From the NCBI RefSeq assembly GCF_009914755.1, contig NC_060934.1: a stretch of DNA of 64,000 nt; one strand, written 5' to 3'. The notes below the pieces were generated by a model. The model did no database searches, was not told the origin of the DNA, and was given only the letters and a program-made list of their open reading frames with translations. The position numbers and the translations under genes were made by a program. Below are positions 14,191-27,800 of this stretch, in pieces; within the stretch, counting starts at the first letter, position 1; the number at the start of each line of letters is the position of its first letter. The stretch is from the human T2T-CHM13v2.0 reference genome, Homo sapiens.

Positions 14191-15617
14191 GCTCCATGCA
14201 TTGATCCCACTCCTTCCTCTAGGATAAGCACCTACTTCAGGCTAGCGTCTAATTTTAACAGTAACTGGTGAGTTTCCATGCGTACTTGGTGCTTGTGTCT
14301 CCTTTATGTCTGCTCTCTTTTTTAGAGGTGTCTTTTTTAGAACACAGATCCCAGAAGACAGTTTCTATGTCTTTAACTTTCTTCAGAAAGCCGTGGAACA
14401 TCACTGTGCTCAGGAGCCCAGCAAATCCCTGTTCTCAGATGTGCAGCCTCTATGCTCGCGGTTTTCCTTCTTCATCCGGTGCCTGTCTGTGCATAGGTCT
14501 CAGGTCACGAGGGTTGGGGCTGTCTGCCAGTTTCTAAGTCAACACTCCAGGCAGAAAAAAGGGAGGGAGAAGGTGAGCAGATCTGAAGCAGCCTTGCTGA
14601 ATAAGACTTTAAGGGATGAGATCACAGCCAACTACCTCGAAGTTTCTGATCCACAGAAAACAGGACACTCTGCGTCAGTAAGAAACACCCAGAACCATTT
14701 TTCAAAACCAGCAGCTGTAAAGGAATTAATGCAGATCACCGTTTAGTGCACACACAGCCTTATTCCTCCCTTGAAGAGCTTCACAGTCATTATTAAAGAA
14801 CACATTTCAGAACATAATATTATTAGGCTACTGATTGTTGTTTGTTTCGATGTTTAATTCAGTAACAACTCGAGTTGTGGAGGGCTTTAAGTGAAACAGA
14901 TGCTCTGAAGACTGGCAGAAACATTCCAATTTTCCACTGGGTTTCACAAGGAGCTTTGGCAATGCCGTGGGGACCAGGGCTACTGGTGCCATGAGGTTCT
15001 TATAGGTGGGGAATTCAGGGGCCGCTACTGAGCAAGGCTCTGCGGTCTTTCGGTACAGAAAATAGAAAAGGCAGAGAGTTCCACATGAATCCAAACAACA
15101 TCTGCTCTCTCTGTCACCGCGCATTAAATTATCCAGGGCTGAAATTCAGTACACACCCCGGGCACTCTTTCAGAATGGTACCCGCGCATCTCGGTGGCAT
15201 CAACATGCCAGGAGGAAAAGAATAGCAAAAAAAACCAAAACCAAAACAAAAAACAAAAAAAACAAAACTTCTTCTCTGAACATCCATAGAGATAAAAGAG
15301 ACTGCACTGAGAAACCCAGTCCTAGCTGGGATGATGAGACTAAAGGTTCCAAAATTACAGCCAGGCGACACAACAGCAGCTCCTCCTCTCCCCCATAGAC
15401 TGTTGGCTAGCAGGACCCCAAAGTTGTGTCTGAAATCTAGGCACAAGCAAAGCCCGAGGCCAGACTTAGAAGCAGCCTGGCCCCAGTGTCCTTGGGTCCT
15501 TTGTCATCATTTCCTGTCCAGTGCACCCCTAAAACCTTGCTTAGAACCGGCGTCCCAACCCTCCCTACTTGGTGCTTGTGTCATCTTTGTTTTGATGTCC
15601 TCTTCTTTTTCCTGGAC

Positions 15618-15808
15618 TGGTAGTTCTCAAAGTGTGGTCTCTGACCAGGAGCACTGGCATCCCCTGGGGGCTTGTTAAAAATTCACATTTCTTGGGCCCC
15701 ACCCCAGACTTCTAGAGTCAGAAACTCTGAGGATGAGGCCCAGCCATCCATGGTTTTAACAAGTTCTCCAGGTGATTCTGATGCACTCTCAATTTTAAGA
15801 ACCACTGG
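15618..15808. mobile_element. MER5A MITE
   Basis: gtagttctcaaagtgtggtc...tttaacaagttctccaggtgattctgatgcac...agaaccactg. Confidence 0.85.
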
Positions 15809-16089
15809 CTTGGACTATTGCAACAGTCCGTGATGGTCTCTTGCCTCCAGAGCCAACCTTCTCAAACGGAAACCTCACCAGCTTCAGGGCCTGGCACAGC
15901 CCAGCACATTGTAGGTGTACAATAAATGTTTATTGACTGACTAAATGAAACATGACCTCTGCTTTTAAAACTCTGATGGTTACTCACAGCCTATAAAAAA
16001 ATAGAAATTCCTCAGGAAGGTAGTATAATGCTTATTTGATTGTTATTGCTTGTTAGTACTATTTTTATTTGTAGCCATCATTTTATTAG

Positions 16090-16310
16090 CAGCATCTACA
16101 TTGCTGCAGGTGCTTTGGTAAACACCATGTATTGATATTTATTTACTTTTTAAACATTTCAGCCCTGAGAGGTAGATGTAGGTCGTTGCCTTTTACAGAA
16201 GAAGAAATTGAGGCTCGGAGAGGTTGTGTAACTTGTGTAAGGACACATAGGTAGCAAGCAATGAGCTGGAGTTCAAACCCAGGTTTGTCTGTCTCCAGGA
16301 CTCATACCTT
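16090..16310 (-). mobile_element. MIR SINE
   Basis: ttttacagaagaagaaattgaggctcggagaggttgtgtaacttg. Confidence 0.75.
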
Positions 16311-17569
16311 AAATGTATGTCCTTTCAAAATTAGATCTTGATATGCTTTCTACACTCGCCCCACCTACCACGCTGTCTCAGGGCTCCACAGTTTGGCTTG
16401 TGCTGTCCCCTCTTTCCAGCACATCCTTTCCTCCTTCTCCTACCTGGAGATCAGACAACCACCTGAAACCACTCTGATCCTCATCCAAGACAGAATGAGC
16501 TACTTGCTAATTATACCAATGAGCCAGTGCATTACGCTGGGTGGCTTGTCGGGGCCTAAAAGCCCTAAGATGAGTATTTCCTGAAGTGTGGTCCTCAGAT
16601 CACCTACATCAGAATCACATGGTGGGGGGAAGCATGTGAGAAATGACAGCCTAAGCACCCCCTCCTCCATGGTTATTCTGCACAGTAATGTTTGAGGACC
16701 ACTGTCCTGCAGTGTGAGTTTGTCTTATTCACGTGGGTTCCCTGCAGCAATGCAGAGGAGTTGCCGCTTGACAGGCCATCAGAGAATGAATGAATGAGCC
16801 CTTTTCTCTTAAAAAGATTGAGGTGGGGTGGGGCATCCCATAAAACACTCATAGGAGAAAAGCCACAGCAGAAACAGCCTTTCCAGATGTGGCACCAGCT
16901 GTTGGCACGTAAGAAACAAGCTTGAGTGTGAACAGAAGACACATGTTCTGAGCCGCAAAAACTTGACTTATTGACTTTGGGAAGGCTTGCCGACCACACA
17001 GTGCTGATGATGTTATTAACGCTGAATGTATTCGCCTGACCTTATTAGGCCGTATAAAGGGCACAGGTGTCTAATTAAGTTCAGAAGTCAGCACCTCTAA
17101 CTTCTTTCTCGATAGCTACTGAGCCCATCATTTACCTTGATGTTCCTGAAATGATCAGTCTTTAAAACCAAAGTAAGTTGGTCATTAGCATATGTAAGGC
17201 GCTTGTCATGATTTGTGGTAAGACTAATCTGGTGTCCCGAGAAGGAGGGCATTTCATTCTACTCATTTCATTCTACTTGGCATGACACCAGCCCAGCTGG
17301 TAGGAGACCCAGCCTTATCACCCCATCACACTTGCCACTGGGCTGTGCTCTCTCTCTCCTTCTATTCAACATGCGCACAGATGAATTGGAAGGTGACGCT
17401 GATGGGCTGGCTGATCAAATGAGCACATGACATAAAACTGGGAAAGAAAGCCAGAGTGCTGGGTGTCAGAGCTGAGATCAAAAAGAGACCTGTAGTCAGG
17501 AGTGATTGACCACAGGCTCGTGGAAGGTCCTCTTCTTGGACAGTCTCTACCCTCAGAACAAATATTAAA

Positions 17570-17760
17570 ATAATAGCAGATAATAGCAAACATTTGTATA
17601 GAACTCTCTGTGTGCCAACTCAGCCCAAGTGCCTTTAAACACTTAATTCACTTAATTTCCAGCATCCTATGAAGTAGGTTCTATTAGTATCCTCATTTTA
17701 AAGATGAGGAAACTGAGGCAAAAGCAGTTAAGTAACTTGTCCAGGGGACTGTAAACATCA
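17570..17760 (-). mobile_element. MIR SINE
   Basis: cctcattttaaagatgaggaaactgaggcaaaagcagttaagtaacttgtccagg. Confidence 0.8.
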
Positions 17761-18438
17761 TTGGATTGAACCCCCTTTTTCATTTCCACCCATGAAATCT
17801 CCCCTTTCTTTTGTAGCTGCCAGATGTACTTGAATACTCCCAATGTTGGAACACTTACTACCGCCAGAGGCAACCCTTTGCTTTTTCTTTCTTTCTTTCT
17901 TCTTTTTTGGTAAGCTCCTACTTTGTGGAAAGTTATTCTCTATACTGATTGTAATGGAGTTGTTGTTTTTTTTTTTAAACTGGATAGTTGAGTTGGAGAT
18001 ACTCATGTGAGGTGGCTGCTCCCTAAAGTAAAGTCATTTTAGCCTCTATGGGCTATATTAATAGAGACATGTGTAATGAACTGAAGGAAGTGACAGGCCT
18101 GCTTTTCCCTGGGCTGTGCAGCCATGCTCAGAGTGTCATGTTCAATTCTGGGCTCCTCAGTGAACTGGGGCAGGCAGTTGTCGAACTGAGCTGTGACTGA
18201 AGAAGGGTGGTCTAGTCAGTGAGAGAAGCTGAAAGCAGGATTCAGAGGTTCTGATGGAGGTGGAGATACCTGACTTGGAAAGGAGATGACAGATGGGGCA
18301 GGGGAGAGGTGATTGTGATGGCTGCCACTTGGGAGCAGCCTGGAGGGACATAAGGCTGGCCTGTTCTAGGTCATTTCTGAGTTGACTCAGGCCAAGGATA
18401 GAGCCAAGGCCGCTACATAGGTAGGGAAAGCTGATTTT

Positions 18439-18760
18439 CTTTCTTTTTTGAGACAGTCTCACTCCATCACCCAGGCTTGAGTGCAGTGGCATGATCTCAG
18501 CTCACTGCAACCTCCACCTCCTGGGTTCAAGCAATTCTCATGCCTCAGCCTCCTGAGTAGCCACTACAGGCATGTGCCACTATACGTGGCTAATTACGGG
18601 CATGCGCCACTCCACTACACCAGCTAATTTTTGTATTTTTAGTACAGACCGGGTTTTGCCATGTTGGCCAGGCTGGTCTTGAACACCTGGCCTCAAGTGG
18701 TCTGCCCCCCTCAGCCTCCCACAGTGCTGGGATTAGAGGCATGAGCCACTGTGTCCAGTC
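18439..18760 (-). mobile_element. AluS/J with a short internal duplication
   Basis: Reverse Alu with TSD ctgattttctt; repeated ta(c)aggcatgtgccact / tacgggcatgcgccact. Confidence 0.9.
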
Positions 18761-18774
18761 TGATTTTCTTTTTT

Positions 18775-20015
18775 AAGTGCACATTTTAGTTTAGGATAGT
18801 CTTAAGTTTACAGAAAAATTGCAAGGGTAGTATAGTGAGTTCCCACACATGCCCTGCCCAGTTTCCCCTATCATTAACATCCTACATTAGTATGTTACAT
18901 GGGTCACAATTACTGAACCAGTATCAATATATGATTATTTACTAATATCCACACTTCATTCAGATTTCTTTAGTTTTCCCCTAATGTCCCTTTTCTGTTC
19001 CAGGATCCCACCTAGGATACCACGTTACATTTAATTGTCATAGCTCTTTAGCTCCTCTTCGCCATGACAGTTTCTCACTTTCCTTGGTCTTGATGACCTG
19101 GACAGCTTTGAGGGGTACTGGTCAGGTATTTTTGCAGAATGTCCCTCAGTGGGATTTGTCTGATGTTTTTCTCAGGGTTAGACTGGGGTTAGTGGGTTTT
19201 TGGGAGGAAGACCACAGAAGCACCGTGCCATTTTCATCTCATCATAACCAGGGCACACACTCTCAACATGACTTGTCCCTGCTGATGTTGACCTTGATCA
19301 CCTGGCTGAAGCTGTGTTTGCTGTGTTTCTCCATTGTAAAGTCACCCCCACCCCCGACATCCTACATGCTTCAGAAGGAAGTCACTATGCGGCACCTACG
19401 CAGGAGTAGGGAGTTTTGCTTCAGCTCCTCTGGGGTGGTGTATCGACATCAATTATTTGGAATTCTTCTATCTGGGAGATTTGTCTATTCTCCCTCATTT
19501 ATTTATTTATACAATCATTTATTTATATCAGTATAGCTTCATTGATATTTATTTATACTTTAGGTTATAATCCAATACAACTTTATTTATGTTGTTGCTC
19601 AAATTGCTGCAGCTTTAGCCATTGGGAGCTCTTTCAGTTAGCTCCTCTGTCTCTTTGATTCATCCCATCATGGCGGCTTTTCAAGCACCTCCTTACTGTC
19701 TGCACTACCAGATGCTCCAGGCTCACTTTGTATATTTCTTGTCCCATTCCTAGAATCAGCCATTTCTCCAAGGAACCTTGTTTCCTTTTGCTGGAGAATG
19801 GTATTAGAAACCAAGATCTGGGGGCTAGGTGTGCTTGTTGATACTGGAGTGTGAGTTGCTTCTAGGGCCTCTGAGATGACAGATCAAGGAAATATATGTG
19901 TGTATACTAACCCATGTATAGACATTTATCTATAAATATTTCTATATGTAACCATCTGTATCTATATTATGTTCACACTGTCTCCAACTCTAATCCATTA
20001 CCACATGAATCATCC
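18775..20015 (-). mobile_element. L1MC4-like 3' region
   Basis: tttacagaaaaattgcaag...ttttctgttccaggatccca...gtactggtcaggtattttt...gggatttgtctgatg. Confidence 0.8.
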
Positions 20016-20544
20016 TATCTTAGGGGAGACTGATTTTTAAACAACATTAAAAAAAAACATTCTGCAAAGTTGGATCTGGTTGCTTCTGGAAGTAGTAAGT
20101 GCTCCCTCACTGAGTGTATTAAGCAGATTGGGAAGAAATAAGGAAAGGAGGGGTCTGATGGGTAGAATTGGAAAAATTCCATTTAACTATACTCAAGGTC
20201 CCTTTCAACCCAGTGATTGTTGAAACAGAAGTGCCATATAAGGAAAGGTACATCCAAGGTACACATGGCTTCCCGGGGGCATTCTTTATCTTCCGTCTTT
20301 CAGGAGTCTGAGATCTGGGCAAGGAGAAAGAGCTGGCATTTAGACAAATAAAGGATACACCATTCAACAGGTAGGAAATTTATGGGATTTGCAATCCAAA
20401 GAAGAGAAAACAGGCTTAAAAAATAAATGAAGCTCAAAAAGGTTTTAAATTCACAGATGACAGAGCCAGAATGGATTATGAAAGGGGAACGATGCTGGCT
20501 TGTGGGAAGGACACTTGCCAAGGTGTTGACATCTGAGGAAGTAA

Positions 20545-20886
<342 letters not shown>

Positions 20887-21342
20887 TGCAATTCTTTATA
20901 TTTTACTGCAGCAGCCCAGGATCTAGTCGGGGTAAATGGGGCAGGCCAGAGTCTGAGAAGGAAATAAGGAATTGACTGTCCTGAACACACAGCAAGGCTG
21001 AATTCCCCAGGAAGGCAGTGCCGCCCCAGCTTTAGGACATGTTAGAAATAGTATGGCCACCCTACTGCAGGAGAAATGATCTTTCTCAACCAGCAGCTCT
21101 TCCTTCTTCCTGAAGCCTTGTCTGAAAAGACCATGAATCACCTCTTGCGGAAGGAATAGAGATGATGGGACAAAGAGAGAATTCCTACACTAGCGGGTGC
21201 TCACTAAAAATGCAGACCGTGGGTCCTATCCCCAAAGATTTTGAGCCAGTACATCTGGAGATGAGCTCAGAGATTTATTTTTAAAACCATATCTCTAGGT
21301 GATGCTGATACTGGAATTTCTCAGTCACATTTGGAGCTCTGC

Positions 21343-21453
21343 TGGTGGTCTTAATACCAGAGTTTGCCCAGGACAGTCTCAGTTGGTTTGCTTTCCTTTC
21401 CCCCCCATGTCAAAAGTGCCCTCATTTGGGTGACAAATTATATGGTCACTCCC
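21343..21453. mobile_element. hAT-Blackjack MITE (MER81/MER94-like)
   Basis: gtttgcccaggacagtc...caaaagtgccctcatttgggtgacaaattatatggtcactc. Confidence 0.6.
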
Positions 21454-22189
21454 TTCTTAACACTGATATGTCTTCAAGCAGCAGCAGAAGTCACATGTTG
21501 ATAGGCACCTTTTTTGGCCAACGATGCCTGTACCATCCCAGCTCCAATCCAAGAGTGTATTCACCCTTGAAAGTGAGGCTTCTCAACTGGGGGAGGAGGA
21601 GCTTCTAGAACTCCTGGGGTCAGGGGACTTGGGAGCCAGGGAAGAGTAGATTGGCAAAGCTCTCAGGTGTTTTGATGCTCCATCCCCTCCCAGCCCCTTG
21701 ACAATCACTACTGTAAAGAAGGAGCCAGCCTGTGGGGACAGGGCAGCCACTCCAGCCCGAGCCTTCCTTTGGGCCCCTTGCCCTTCCTTTCTCTTTCTCC
21801 TCCTCTCTTTCTCCCAAGTCTGCATTTTTCCCTGTCAATATCAAAGGGCTGCCAATGTGCTTTGCTTGTTGATGATGACTCTTGAGATTAAAAGTTAGCT
21901 GATCTTTGGACAAATGTAACCATGGAAATCTGAGACATTAACCATTGCCTGCTGGGGACCTCAGATAGGAAGCTCTTATAATCCCTCCACGCTCAGGAGT
22001 GATGAGATAGACCATGGACGACCCCACAGAGCCATTGATCAGAAACACAGATCTGATCATGCCTTATCTCCCCACCCAGACCTACTCCCAGCTTGGTAAC
22101 CCTCAAAATGCCAAAACCACAGCAAAGGGTGCAAATGGTTGCTGACGCTGGAGGCAGTAGGCTTAGTCATTGGGTATCTCCTCTCCCAT

Positions 22190-23212
22190 CCATTTTCACT
22201 CCTTGGTGACCTCACACAGTATCAGGGCTTTAAATACCATCTACCCGCTGACAACTCTCAAATTTATATCTCCACCCCAGACCTCTTCCCTGAACTCCAG
22301 ACTCATATATCCAACTGCCTACTCAACATTGCTCTTGAATGTTTAATAGATATTTCAAACTTAACTTATCAAAAACTGAGCTCCCAGTAGCTCTTCTAGA
22401 CCTACTCCTGCTGTCTTTCCTTTCCCAACTTCTAGCTTCCAGGTGCTCAGGCCAAAAGCTCCGAGTCTAACTGGATTCCTCTCCCATCCCATACCCAATT
22501 CCTATTGGCAAATCCTGTCGGCTCTACCTTACAATATATTAATACACAGAACATGGTTATTTCTCACACTCTGCTAATCTCTGGTTTAAGCCCATCATTT
22601 TTCATTTGGATTACTGCAAGAACTTCCTGACAGCTCTCAGCTTCCCCCTTTCCTTCCTTCAGTCTATTCTCAACATGAAAATCAGAGCATCCTTTTAAAG
22701 TGCAAGTCGCATCATGTCACCCCTTGGCTCAAAATCCTTCTCCTAACGGCTTTCTTCTCACTCAGAGAAAGAAGCCAGACTGAGCAACCTGTCCTCAGGG
22801 CCAGCGTGGTCTGCTGCTGTGGCTGCACTCAGTTCTTATTTGTCACTCCTCTCTGCTTCCTCACTCTGCTCCAGCAGAGAAGGCTACCGTGTTCCTGCCT
22901 CAGGCCAGCTCTCCCCAGCTAACCACAGGGCTCCCTCCCTCGGGTTGCCTCAAACTCCTCAGAGAAGCTTTCCCTGACACTCACTCCTGACACTTCTACC
23001 TCCCTTTCCCACTTTAACTTTTCTCCTTAGCACTTATGCCATCTGACATATTAATATCTTTTGTAACATCTTTCTCCCTCTCTAGGAGGTAAACTCCATG
23101 AGGGCAGGGATTTTTGTCTGATGGTTTGCAGCAGTCTCTCCAATGCCTAGATAGTGCCTGACACAGACGGGCAGTGCTACAAGAATGTCAGTGATTGTTT
23201 GAATGAATCATT
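22190..23212 (+). mobile_element. L2 LINE 3' portion
   Basis: ORF 22139-22390 contains LGDL..QGFKYHLPADNSQIYIS (L2 RT YADD region); ends with the L2 tail tgaatgaat. Confidence 0.88.
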
Positions 23213-23229
23213 CATCTATAACAAGTGCC

Positions 23230-24045
23230 TATAGAGTAATAAGTAAAACACATCTTTAATAAGAAAATGATCAGAGTACATAAAGAGACAATTTACAAAG
23301 AGGAAACACACCCCAGCTAATGAAGCGTTTCTTTTAAAGTTTACCTTCATTAGGAATGATCAAAGAAGTGTGTGTTAAAACAATGACATGCTACATCGCT
23401 AGTATCAAAGTAACAAAGATAAACCAAATAATAATATCCAATGCTGACAAGCACACTTATACTCTGATAGAGGCAGTAAAAATTTGTAAAATGGTTTTGG
23501 AAAGCAATTTCACGATATATATTAAAAGTCTAACATATTTTTCATACCTTTTGATTGATGACTAGGAATCTATTCTAGAGAGCTCAAGATTCAGATAAAA
23601 GCTTATGCACCCCAATGGATGAATGCATAAACAAAATGTGGTATATCCACACAATGGAATATTATTCAGCCTTAAATAGGAAGGAAATTCTGACACATGC
23701 TACAGGGAATGAGCCTTGAGGACATTATTCTAAATGAAATAAGTCAGCCGCAGAAAGGCAAACATTGTATGATTCCACTTATAAGAAGTAGGTAGAGTAG
23801 TCAAATTCATAGAGACAGGAAGTTGAATGGTGGCTGCCAGGGGCCGGCGCGAGGAGAGAATGGGGAGTGAGTGTTTAATAGGTTCAAAGTTACAGTTTGG
23901 AAAGATGAAAAGAGATCTGTGGACAGATGGTGATGATGGTTGCACAACAACGTGGATGCACATAATGCCATTGAACTGTACTCTTAAAGATGGTTAAGAA
24001 AGGGAATTTTATGTTATGCATAGTTTACCACAATTTTGTTTTTTT
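23230..24045 (+). mobile_element. Old L1 (L1ME) fragment plus an L1MB 3' end
   Basis: aatggatgaatgcataaacaaaatgtggtatatccacacaatggaatattattcagcc...gatggtgatgatggttgcacaac. Confidence 0.85.
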
Positions 24046-24121
24046 AAAGCTACAAGATTGAACACAGAGCTGCAGCTAAGTTCACCAATGGTTTATTTAT
24101 ATACCTTGGAGAGGTGGGAAG

Positions 24122-24916
24122 TGTGATGCATGTTTTTCAAAGATACGTCTTATTACACCATATCAATGTTTGGCTTGAGGTGTACATTTATCTGTTTTGA
24201 GAGCCCCCAGCTACACTAAGGTTTCAGTAACCAGAGTGGCTAGTAACTCTGCCCTAAGAGGAAACGCAGGGGAGCTGGACATGGCGTGTCCAGCGTGCCT
24301 TTTACGGGATACTTCTTTTACCTGGAAGACAGCCAAATGCCTAGTTGTCTAAACTGAGACCAGGGTCCCTCGCCCGGGAAACTTGTTTCTACTGGCAGAC
24401 ATCCTTGTGGCTCTTGTCTGGCCTGACCATCACACTTACACTGGGAGCCTAACCATATGCCCAGAGAAAACCCAGCCTGGGGCAGCCCCTGGTTCTTCAG
24501 ATGGAAGGTACAATGCACCACCAGAACAGAAAACAAGTTCAAAGACCTTTTACTTCCAGACCCTGAGCAAAGAGAGTACCATGAGTCAGGAGGGCAGTCC
24601 TCTGTTTCCAGGTCACAGGAGGCAGGAACAAAAAGAGTCAGACAGAGAGAGTGCACATCACAACTAGCAGTGTATGTTATAAGGGAACAGGGTGTGGGTC
24701 ACTTCAAGTTCACAGGCAAATGCCTGAATGGTCCATTACAAGCAGCTACAGGAAAGCAGGGAGCCCGGTCTGCCAGGTGGGAGAGACACCTCTAAGTTCT
24801 CACGCCCTCTGGGTGTGGTGTAGGACTGGAAACTGGGCTCTGCCTCTGATACGAGAAAGTTAAACCTGTACTCGAAATGGATGCCAAGGCAACATAAAGT
24901 CATCAGAATCTACTAC
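24122..24916 (-). mobile_element. ERVL solo LTR (MER54/MER73-like)
   Basis: TG...CA bounded ~800-bp block interrupting L1 text; gggcagcccctggttcttcagatggaagg, aaatggatgccaaggcaaca. Confidence 0.6.
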
Positions 24917-26559
24917 ATTATCTCTGAATAAAATGTTGAAAACAAAAAAATAAAAAAGTTTATGCAGTGTTTTTCACTGAGATACTATATATAGTAGCAA
25001 AAAATAAATCAGTGTAGTATCTATTGATAGGGAAATGGTTGCATAAATTATAGAATATCCACATAATGAAATATTATGCAGCCATAAAAATTGTTTTTGT
25101 AAATGCTTTTATAACCTGGGGAATTATTGTGGCATAATACTGAGTCAAGAAGCAAGATACAAAATTTGAAATACGATGAGAACTCAAGTTCAAAAAACAA
25201 CGTAGCCTTATTTCATCAATTCCAAGACATTGATGGAATTCCAAGGATTTTTTTTTTCACAATTTAACCTCTCTGAAATGGAATGTGTCTCACTCCCTCT
25301 GATAAGAAGCACTGTGTCAAGTGTAATTGTGCATTTGCAGAGGCACAGAAAGTAGTGAAGTGCTCCCAAACAATGGTGTCTTAGATGTAACGAAACAGTG
25401 TCTGGAAAGAAGACTAAAGGAAGGAATATGCCATAATGCCAACTAATTGTGTGTGTATATTTCTTTCTAATTTTCCATATTTTTAACACATTTCTATAAT
25501 CAGCTTGCATTACTTTTAGAATCAGAAAAAAAAAGTAAGTTAAAAATATCTCATCCTGGCTGTTAATTGCCTGACAGGACAAAGCACAAACTCCCCAGCC
25601 ACTGTGCCCTCTGAGGCCGGCTTCACTGTTCAGCCTTGTCTCCGTCCCACCCTAATTCACACACCAACAAATTACGCCTGGGCCTCCATGCCATCATCTC
25701 TGTGGAAATGCTCTTTTTCGTGCCTGAAATGCCCCCCACCCCGGCCCCCTTTTCTGCCTAGTGATTTCCTACTTATGTTTCAACAGCCCATCTCAAAACT
25801 GGACTCCTCTGTGGGGACTTCTTGTTTACTTCCTATCCCAAAAGGAGCAGAGCAGCCTCTGCATTTCCAAAGCACTTGTTGCCTGACCTCGAAAATCGAA
25901 CTTCCTCCCCTTCCCCACTGAAACTTTTCTCCTAGAGCCCCACCACTACCAACCTGCTGATTTCTAATTCTAGGGAACGCTTCCCAGCCCTTATGTTCTC
26001 TGAGCTTTCTGAGGCATCTGATGGGCACCACTTCCTCCTTCCTGAACCCCTTTTGGCCTGCTGCTGCAGTGACAACTTTTCTAGAATATTCTCCTCCACC
26101 TAACTCCTTCCTTACCATTGTCACTGACCTTTCTTTTTAGACAGTCACTGAAATGCCTTTTTTCTTTGGTCCCATGGTTCTTACTTTGAAGTCAGGGGTG
26201 TGTGGATAGGCCCTAGGGGTTCATGAACCTCCCAAAACTGCAGAATTCTGTGATTATAATAGTGTGCACACAGCCTGGGGAGACAGCCATCGCATTCTTT
26301 GTCTCATAAAAGATCCCATACCAAAAAAAAAAAAAAAAAAGGTTAAAAATGAAAATGACTGCCCTACACATTCTCCGGTGACCTCATCTACTTTTGATTT
26401 TAAGATAAAATACCACTTATATTTTTATCTCCCCTCAAAGAACTTCTAAAGGATGGGCGCTGCATGCTGTGTTGTGTGCAGGAGATATTTTTGCATGGGG
26501 AGGAGGCGTTTTCTCTTAAGTCACAACTCAGCCTGTTCTGCCTACACACATTAGGAGGA

Positions 26560-27800
26560 AGAGAAGACGGGTGGGAGACGCCCAGGAAGCGCCTGTCGGT
26601 GTGTAGTAGGGAGGACTGGGTACAGCGAAGCTGCCATGAAACCAGCAGGCTCCCCCCCTGCTGCGTAACAGGCGGACTCACTTTGTTGTACATTTTGTCT
26701 CATCTCAACACCGAAGTCTGAGGTTCACGTGCACTCAGGCACCTCCGGTTACCGCTCAAGCAGCAAGGTCACCTGCTTACAAGTTAGGAAAAAATCAGAG
26801 ACAACACCGCGTAGAGCGTCTGAATAGAATTGTGTATCCAGGACTGGCAAGTCAGCCTCTTTCGACACTTCCCAATATCCTCAAAAATAAAGAAAAAATA
26901 TTAATCTAGAGAAGGAGAAGTCGCTTTGGTGGAAATTGTTTTCTCCTCCGACTCTCCAGGGCCGTTTAACTCCTTGAAGATATCAAACGGATTTCATCTC
27001 TGCTCCCCGGGTCCCCTCCGCTTCCCCTCTGCCCCTCCGCTCGGGGTCACCCCTGCCTCTGCCGGGAGCCCGGAGAAGCTGGACTCAGGGAGCCAGGACA
27101 GGCTCGGATCCTAAGGCCAGCATTTATGCTCCCTGTTCAGAGATAGGAAAAAAGACCCCTTTCTTCTTCTTGATATATTTAGTAACGACCTTAAAGAGTC
27201 TGCGAGGCTGAATGAATTGGTGCATCTCGCTGCATTGGAAGCAGCTGCCTCGGCGCAGACAGGAGGAGGGAGAGACGGAGGGGAAGGGGAGGCGGGCAGA
27301 GGGAGACGCTGGGGAGAAGGGAGCGGGCAGTGGGGGAGGAGGAGACCGGAGAACGTGGAGCCCGCGGGAGGAGGCCGGAGCGCGGGCAGGGACTGGCGCG
27401 GGATCGATTCCCGGGTGGCGGTGGAGGGCCGGCCCGGGAGGAGCGGCGGAGGGGCCGGAGCCTACAGTTAAATCTGGCTAAACGGCAGCATTTAAGGGCC
27501 CTGCGAAGGAATCCAATTTGCGCACAAGGATCGTCTACAAATTTATATGTCGGCATTTAACACAAAATGCTCTTGGCTCAATCCCAGGTCGCAGAGGGAC
27601 CCGGGGCCCGGCTGACTGATGCGGCTGTCCTCAGCCCCCTCACGGAGCACGGGTGCTGCGGGAGGCGCCAGGGCCGGTTCCTGACCCGCCTCCTGGCTGG
27701 AGGGTTCAAAAGACTTCAGACCTCCGGGGCCCTGTGCACAGAGATGCTGGCTGCATGGGGCGTGGAGGGGCGGGATGGGGAGCCGGCAGACCTCGCTTTC
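26560..27800. promoter_or_regulatory. Intronic CpG island, candidate internal promoter or enhancer
   Basis: Repeat-free with sharply raised CpG and GC content (densest 27250-27790), GC boxes and G-runs, and an AT-richer core at 27463-27583. Confidence 0.8.

Larger units (their letters stand above)
18030..20215 (+). mobile_element. L3/CR1 3' region, split by L1MC4 and an Alu
   Basis: gggctatattaatagag...tgttcaattctgggctcctcag at about 18050-18160; MIR3/L3-type end caaggtccctttcaaccc at about 20195. Confidence 0.6.

Noticed and set aside
14306-14746. 146-aa plus-strand ORF as a retrocopy or antisense gene
   Set aside because: No recognisable homology, poly(A) tail or TSD
27622-27660. Split REST half-sites (gctgtcc ... 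ggtgctg) in the CpG island
   Set aside because: Spacer of about 21 bp is far from the canonical 2 bp; likely chance in GC-rich DNA
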